Below are positions 14,448-18,736 of a stretch of 18,736 bases of DNA, in pieces. Below the pieces are notes generated by a model. That model ran no database searches and was not told where the DNA came from. It worked only from the letters and a program-made list of their open reading frames with translations. The position numbers were made by a program, and so were the translations under genes. This DNA is from Planctomycetota bacterium (GTDB lineage Bacteria > Planctomycetota > GCA-002687715 > DRQF01). Numbering within the stretch: the stretch's first letter is position 1; each line of letters starts with the position of its first letter. The DNA is taken from assembly GCA_036479435.1 (NCBI GenBank), contig JAZGFI010000108.1:1-18736 (forward strand), read 5' to 3'.

Positions 14448-15601
14448 GCGGCGACGCCCGGCCCCCGGTCGACTTGTCGATCGTCATTGTCAACTTCAAC
14501 ACCACGCGTTTTCTACCGACGCTGGTGGCGAGCATCCGCTCGCAGGAGTTTAGGGTCGAGGGCCGTCCGGGAAAACTTGAGATCATCTTGATCGACAATG
14601 CTTCGAAGGCCGAGGATGCCGCCGAGCTTGAGCAGCTTCGATCCACCGACCTCTCGGTGGTCTTGAATTCCCTGAACGTCGGTTACGGCCAGGCCAACAA
14701 CCAAGGTTTTCACCTCGGCCGCGGGCGCTACCACCTGGTCTTGAATCCCGATGTCGTCATGTTGCCGGGCTGTCTTCAGTCGATGGTGGGGCACTTGGAG
14801 CAGACTCTCGAGACGGCGATGGTGTCGCCTCTCGCCTACATGGAGCCCTCGGCTTCAGTCTTGATGCCGCCGAACCAATTGCCGACGCCCGAGCTTTTTC
14901 AGCAGCAGACACGAGCCCAAACCGACGTCGAAGTGTTCAAGCGCAATTTGGCTGAACGCACCAGACTTTCCTACGAGTATTGGACGGCTACCGCACCCTT
15001 GCCGATGGAGATGCTGTCCGGTTGTGCGCTGTTGTTTCGCCGCGAGCTTTACGCCGACGAATTCCCATTCGATCCAGCTTTTCCGCTGTACTACGAAGAC
15101 ACCGACATGTTCATCCGCTTGACGGAGCGCGGTGAGCGCATGGTGCACCTATTTGACGCGCGGATCCTGCACTTTTGGTCGCAGTCGGCGGATACGCACG
15201 CTCGCGGCGCGCATCATCGGCAACGTTTGTCGGAACAGCTTTACTACAAAAAGCACTTCGGTGACGAGGGCCTCGCCAGCTACGAAAAAAGTCTCGCGGA
15301 GTCGCTCGACAATCGCGAGCAAGACCGCCACCTTGAGCCCTTTGACTGCGTCGAAGTTCCGGCCACTGCCGAGCCACCGTTGTTCGAGTTCGAGGTGGGC
15401 GCGAAGATCCCGCCGTTTTTTGCCGAGTTTGCGGGCAATCCGATCTTCACGCTCGCCGTCGGTTTATTCCCGGACGAAGAGGGCGCCTTCACGGTGTCGC
15501 AACCGATGTGGGATCTGCTCGGCCCGGGGCGCTACTACATCCGAGCGATCGATCGCGCCAACTTCAAAACGCTGCGGGCCTGGTCGGTGAAGAAGGGCTA
15601 A
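14444..15601 (+). CDS. GT2-family glycosyltransferase with C-terminal extension
   Basis: Motifs LSIVIVNFN, IDNAS, NVGYGQANNQG, LNPD, LSGCALL and FDPAFPLYYEDTD. GTGA overlap with wzt. Confidence 0.92.
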   Translation: MSGDARPPVDLSIVIVNFNTTRFLPTLVASIRSQEFRVEGRPGKLEIILIDNASKAEDAAELEQLRSTDLSVVLNSLNVGYGQANNQGFHLGRGRYHLVLNPDVVMLPGCLQSMVGHLEQTLETAMVSPLAYMEPSASVLMPPNQLPTPELFQQQTRAQTDVEVFKRNLAERTRLSYEYWTATAPLPMEMLSGCALLFRRELYADEFPFDPAFPLYYEDTDMFIRLTERGERMVHLFDARILHFWSQSADTHARGAHHRQRLSEQLYYKKHFGDEGLASYEKSLAESLDNREQDRHLEPFDCVEVPATAEPPLFEFEVGAKIPPFFAEFAGNPIFTLAVGLFPDEEGAFTVSQPMWDLLGPGRYYIRAIDRANFKTLRAWSVKKG

Positions 15602-15603
15602 GC

Positions 15604-16647
15604 ATGAGTGTAGATGCGATCTATCAAAGTCCGCTAGGCCCGATTGAGATCGGCCCGATGGAACCCGATCGCGATCGCTCCAGTATCCTCGAACTTTTCG
15701 CAGCGACATTCGATCGCGAGAAATCCGCCGCCGAGTGGGATTGGCAGTTCGTCAAGAATCCCGTCGGTTCGTTTTACGAGGTCGGGCGCAACGAGGCCGG
15801 GCGCGTCGTCAGTCAATTCGCCGTCGTGCCCACGCGAGTCCAGATCGCCGATCGTGATTTCGTTTTCGGGCAAGTCGTCGATTCCATGGTTCACCCCGAC
15901 TACCGCGTGGGACTAAAACACCGCGGTCTGTTTGCCACGACGACGGACGGCCTCGTCGATCGTTGCGGCCACCGCGACGGTTTGCTCATCATGGTGGGAT
16001 TGCCGAACCCGCCGGCCTTTCGCATCGGCCGCCGCATGAACCAGTACCACCCTATGGGGAAGGTTTACTTTCATTCGAAGACGATCATTGCGAAACCCCA
16101 AGTGCCGACCATTCCCGAGAGCCTGAAAGTCCGCGGCGAGAGCTTTCGGATCGAAGCCGTCTCGCGTTTCTCCCCCGATCTGGACGGGTTGTGGCAGCGA
16201 TTGCGGAAAGGGCACCGAACGATCGCCCACCGCGATGCCCAACTCATGAACTGGCGCTATGCTGAGGCCGTCGGTTCTGACTACCACATTCTTGAAGTGC
16301 GGGATGCGCATGACGGCTTGCTTTTAGGCTTTGCAGTTGGCGTCATCGGATACCTCAACCGACCGGACGGCATTATCGCGGATTGGTTCGTCGATCCCGC
16401 GCGCCCCTTCGCGGCGGAGGCTCTCCTTAAAGTCATCGAAGAAACGATGGCCAACACCAGTATGACGCGCGTCCAGTGTTTTCTGAACTTTGCTGCCGAA
16501 GAATCACGGTTTTTTGAAGACCGTGGATACGAGCTGGCGCCGACGCACTACCGCATGGTGAGCCGAAGCTACGATTCGGATATCGTGACGCCCAATGCTC
16601 TCGGTCGCGAGTGGTACTACACGCTGGGCGACTTTGACGTCGTCTAG
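15604..16647 (+). CDS. GNAT-family acyltransferase (probably two GNAT domains), polysaccharide-locus type
   Basis: WDWQFVKNP.G, DSMVHPDYR..L..RGLF (acyl-CoA motif A) and GLPN, then a second half with RDAQLMNWRY and a terminal WYYTLGDFD. Start set to ATG 15604, 2 bp after the GT2 stop. Confidence 0.85.
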   Translation: MSVDAIYQSPLGPIEIGPMEPDRDRSSILELFAATFDREKSAAEWDWQFVKNPVGSFYEVGRNEAGRVVSQFAVVPTRVQIADRDFVFGQVVDSMVHPDYRVGLKHRGLFATTTDGLVDRCGHRDGLLIMVGLPNPPAFRIGRRMNQYHPMGKVYFHSKTIIAKPQVPTIPESLKVRGESFRIEAVSRFSPDLDGLWQRLRKGHRTIAHRDAQLMNWRYAEAVGSDYHILEVRDAHDGLLLGFAVGVIGYLNRPDGIIADWFVDPARPFAAEALLKVIEETMANTSMTRVQCFLNFAAEESRFFEDRGYELAPTHYRMVSRSYDSDIVTPNALGREWYYTLGDFDVV

Positions 16648-16679
16648 ATTGATTCGGACTGGTCAGTGAAAGGACGGAC

Positions 16680-17384
16680 ATGGAACCAGAAATCGTTGAC
16701 ATCAGTTCGCCAGTGCGCGAGCTTCCTTTAGAGAAACAGACTCCCGAGGGCCTCGCCGAACTCGGCATCATCGGGATTCAGGTGGGGAGCCGCGAGTTCC
16801 TTCAGAAGAACTTTTTGAACACCGACCTCGCTCGTTTGCGGGGCCCTGACGGTTCGACAACTCACCGCGGGGCGCTGTGCGAGATCGACGGCGCGCTTTA
16901 CTTCGAGCACGATTGCACGACGCCTTTTCCTGTGCCCGACAACACCTTCGAAGTCGTTACTAGCGAGCATTTCATCGAACACATTCATCCCGATGCGGCG
17001 CTGGCTTGGCTTAAAGAAATGCACCGCGTCTTGCGCCCGGATGGCTTACTTCGCGTGTCGACGCCCGACCTTCAGATCTACTGCGCTGGCTACCTTGATC
17101 CCGAACAGAAGTTCTTCAAAGAACACCGGGCGAGTCTCAAAGGAGTGGTCCCCGGCGAGGTGCCGACCAGAAAAGCCTGGATGGTGAACCAGATCTTTTA
17201 CGGCTACGGCCACACCTACATCTATGACTTTGATGAACTCGTCTACACTTTCGAGCGAGCGGGTTTCGATCCGTCGCGGGCTCAGCGGGCGTCTTTTCGC
17301 CAAGGGCTAAGGCCAAGCATTGCCGCTCTCGATCTCGAATCACACCACGATGAGAGCGTTTACGCTGAGATCACCAAAGCGTAA
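16680..17384 (+). CDS. Class I SAM-dependent methyltransferase-like protein
   Basis: Motifs FLNTD, PFPVPDNTFEVVTSEHFIEHI, LKEMHRVLRPDG.LRVSTPDL and ES.YAE.TK. RBS AAAGGA. Motif I is degenerate (IQVGSRE). Confidence 0.85.
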   Translation: MEPEIVDISSPVRELPLEKQTPEGLAELGIIGIQVGSREFLQKNFLNTDLARLRGPDGSTTHRGALCEIDGALYFEHDCTTPFPVPDNTFEVVTSEHFIEHIHPDAALAWLKEMHRVLRPDGLLRVSTPDLQIYCAGYLDPEQKFFKEHRASLKGVVPGEVPTRKAWMVNQIFYGYGHTYIYDFDELVYTFERAGFDPSRAQRASFRQGLRPSIAALDLESHHDESVYAEITKA

Positions 17385-17396
17385 TCACGGTTTCTC

Positions 17397-17424
17397 TTGC
17401 TGAAGTGCGCACAATCCCTATTCT
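17397..17424 (+). promoter_or_regulatory. Possible sigma70-type promoter for the prenyltransferase-repeat gene
   Basis: TTGCTG-16 bp-TATTCT in the 96-bp intergenic gap. Confidence 0.35.
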
Positions 17425-17480
17425 GGTGATCTCCGACACCCGCCCAATTCGACACGACAACTCCTGACCTGGGACCCTAG

Positions 17481-18610
17481 ATGAGCGCATCCCTTTTTCG
17501 CGGTTTGTTCTTCGCGGCCATTTTCGCGCTGTTGTTTTGCGCGTTGGCTGCGCCACTGGTGGCGCAGGAAAAAAAGAAGAAGGACGCCGGTCCCGTCAAC
17601 GTCCCGGCGTCGATCGAAAAGGGCGTTGCGTGGCTCATCGAGTATCAGTCACCGGACGGCACTTGGAATAGCCGGAAGCATCGACCCGAAGTGGCTGGCA
17701 GCACGGCGCTCGGTGCCTACACTCTGCTGAAGTGTGGCGTGCCGTCTCGCCATCCCGCGGTGCAGAAAGCGCTCGCCTTTGTTCGATCCCATCTGAAAGA
17801 TCGCACTTACGAAGTCGGTCTTGCGCTGATGCTTTACGCCTCCTTGCCCGAGGCCGATCGGCCCCAAGCAGAGATCAATCGCCTTGGCAAATTCTTGGTG
17901 GCTCATCTAACCGAGAAGGGATGGGGATATCCCGGTGCCCACAACGGCCAGAACCTGAAACAAACCGACCTTTCCAACTCGCAGTACGCAGCTCTCGGGC
18001 TACAGGCCGCGCAAAAGTGTGGCTGTGAAGTGCCCGTCTTGGCGTGGAGAACGCTCGCCCAGTATGTCCTCGCTTTGCAGGGGCGTTACGGGTCTTTTCG
18101 CTATCGGCCGGGAAGTACGCCTTCTTCGAGTATGTGCGTGGCGGGTACGGCGACTTTGATCATCTGCCGCGAGAAGCTCAAACGCATCAAGGGCCTTCGA
18201 GGACTCAGAAACCAAATTCGCGGTGCGCTCAGCAGAGCTGAGGGCTGGTTTCGCAAGAACTGGTACCTCGAGCAGAACCGAAAGTACGGCAAGAAAGTAG
18301 AAGACGAGAAACGCTGGACCTACTACTACCTCTATGGTCTGGAGCGCGTGGGTTCTTTCCACGAGGTCGACATCTACGCCGGAAAAGACTGGTATGGGGA
18401 AGGCTCACGGATCATCGTCAGCCGCCAGAGCAGGGCAGGCCCTGGGCTACTGACTACCGCGAGGTTTGGGAGAACACCTGCTTTGCTCTGCTCTTTTTGA
18501 GCCGTGGGTCACGAAGCACCGGCGGCATCAACCAAAGGGTGCGAGCCGGATCGTCGGACGAGATCAAAGAGGACATCATCATCCGGAGCGATGGCAAAAA
18601 CCCGGCGACA
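17481..18610 (+). pseudogene. Secreted prenyltransferase/squalene-oxidase-repeat (alpha-alpha toroid) protein, frameshifted and probably interrupted
   Basis: Signal peptide ending LVA-Q. QW-type repeats WL..YQSPDGTW, GWGY, DLSNSQYAALGL, Q...GSFRY and YYYLYGLERVG. The annotated ORF stops at 18500, but the expected ending W...NTCFALLFLSR is in the -1 frame from 18443. The 3' boundary is uncertain and a sequencing error cannot be excluded. Confidence 0.7.
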
Positions 18611-18725
18611 CCCCCCGGTGTCAGAATAGTTGTCCCTGATCTAAGGTCGGTGGGCCCCGGTGAAGAGCGAAGCTCTTTGCAGGGCTCTTCCTTCGCCGCC
18701 GTAGGCGGCTTCCCCCATGGGGGAA
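18607..18725. repeat. Cluster of short inverted repeats and palindromes
   Basis: GACACC-4-GGTGTC (18607-18622), GAAGAGC-15-GCTCTTC (18662-18690), GCCGCC-3-GGCGGC (18695-18709) and the perfect 16-bp palindrome TTCCCCCATGGGGGAA (18710-18725). Confidence 0.75.
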
Positions 18726-18736
18726 CGATGCTTGAT

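Noticed and set aside
1017..18623. Composite transposon defined by the shared GGTGTCA at 1017-1023 and 18617-18623
   Set aside because: The match is only 7 bp, in direct orientation, with unrelated flanks. It is not the same terminal repeat.
18660..18692. ISL3-type terminus (GGCTCTTC) at 18683-18690
   Set aside because: Only an 8-bp match, which is also explained as one arm of a local hairpin. No transposase is visible to support it.
1..18736. CRISPR array, tRNA, rRNA or long tandem repeats
   Set aside because: None seen. The window is almost fully protein-coding and the intergenic gaps show no periodic repeats or cloverleaf patterns.

Overview
GC-rich bacterial DNA, probably from a planctomycete (inferred from the prenyltransferase/squalene-oxidase-repeat protein and the C-terminal domain of the secreted beta-propeller). 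The left edge holds the 3' part of an IS3-family element: end of orfA, A8 -1 frameshift site, DDE orfB and right inverted repeat ending at 1042. The core is a cell-surface glycosylation locus of two divergent, tightly coupled operons. Minus strand: UGM/PRK07208-like flavoenzyme, two SAM methyltransferases, a YfhO-like GT-C, a polyprenol-phosphate-sugar synthase-like GT2 and a second, large GT-C with about 400 aa of extracytoplasmic tail, followed by a secreted sugar-dehydrogenase-like beta-propeller. Plus strand: wzm, wzt (with C-terminal carbohydrate-binding domain), GT2, tandem-GNAT protein and a methyltransferase. The last gene, a secreted prenyltransferase-repeat protein, has a -1 frameshift near 18441 and seems to be interrupted near 18611 by hairpin-rich DNA that may be the end of another mobile element. 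All family calls come from motif recognition, not database searches.
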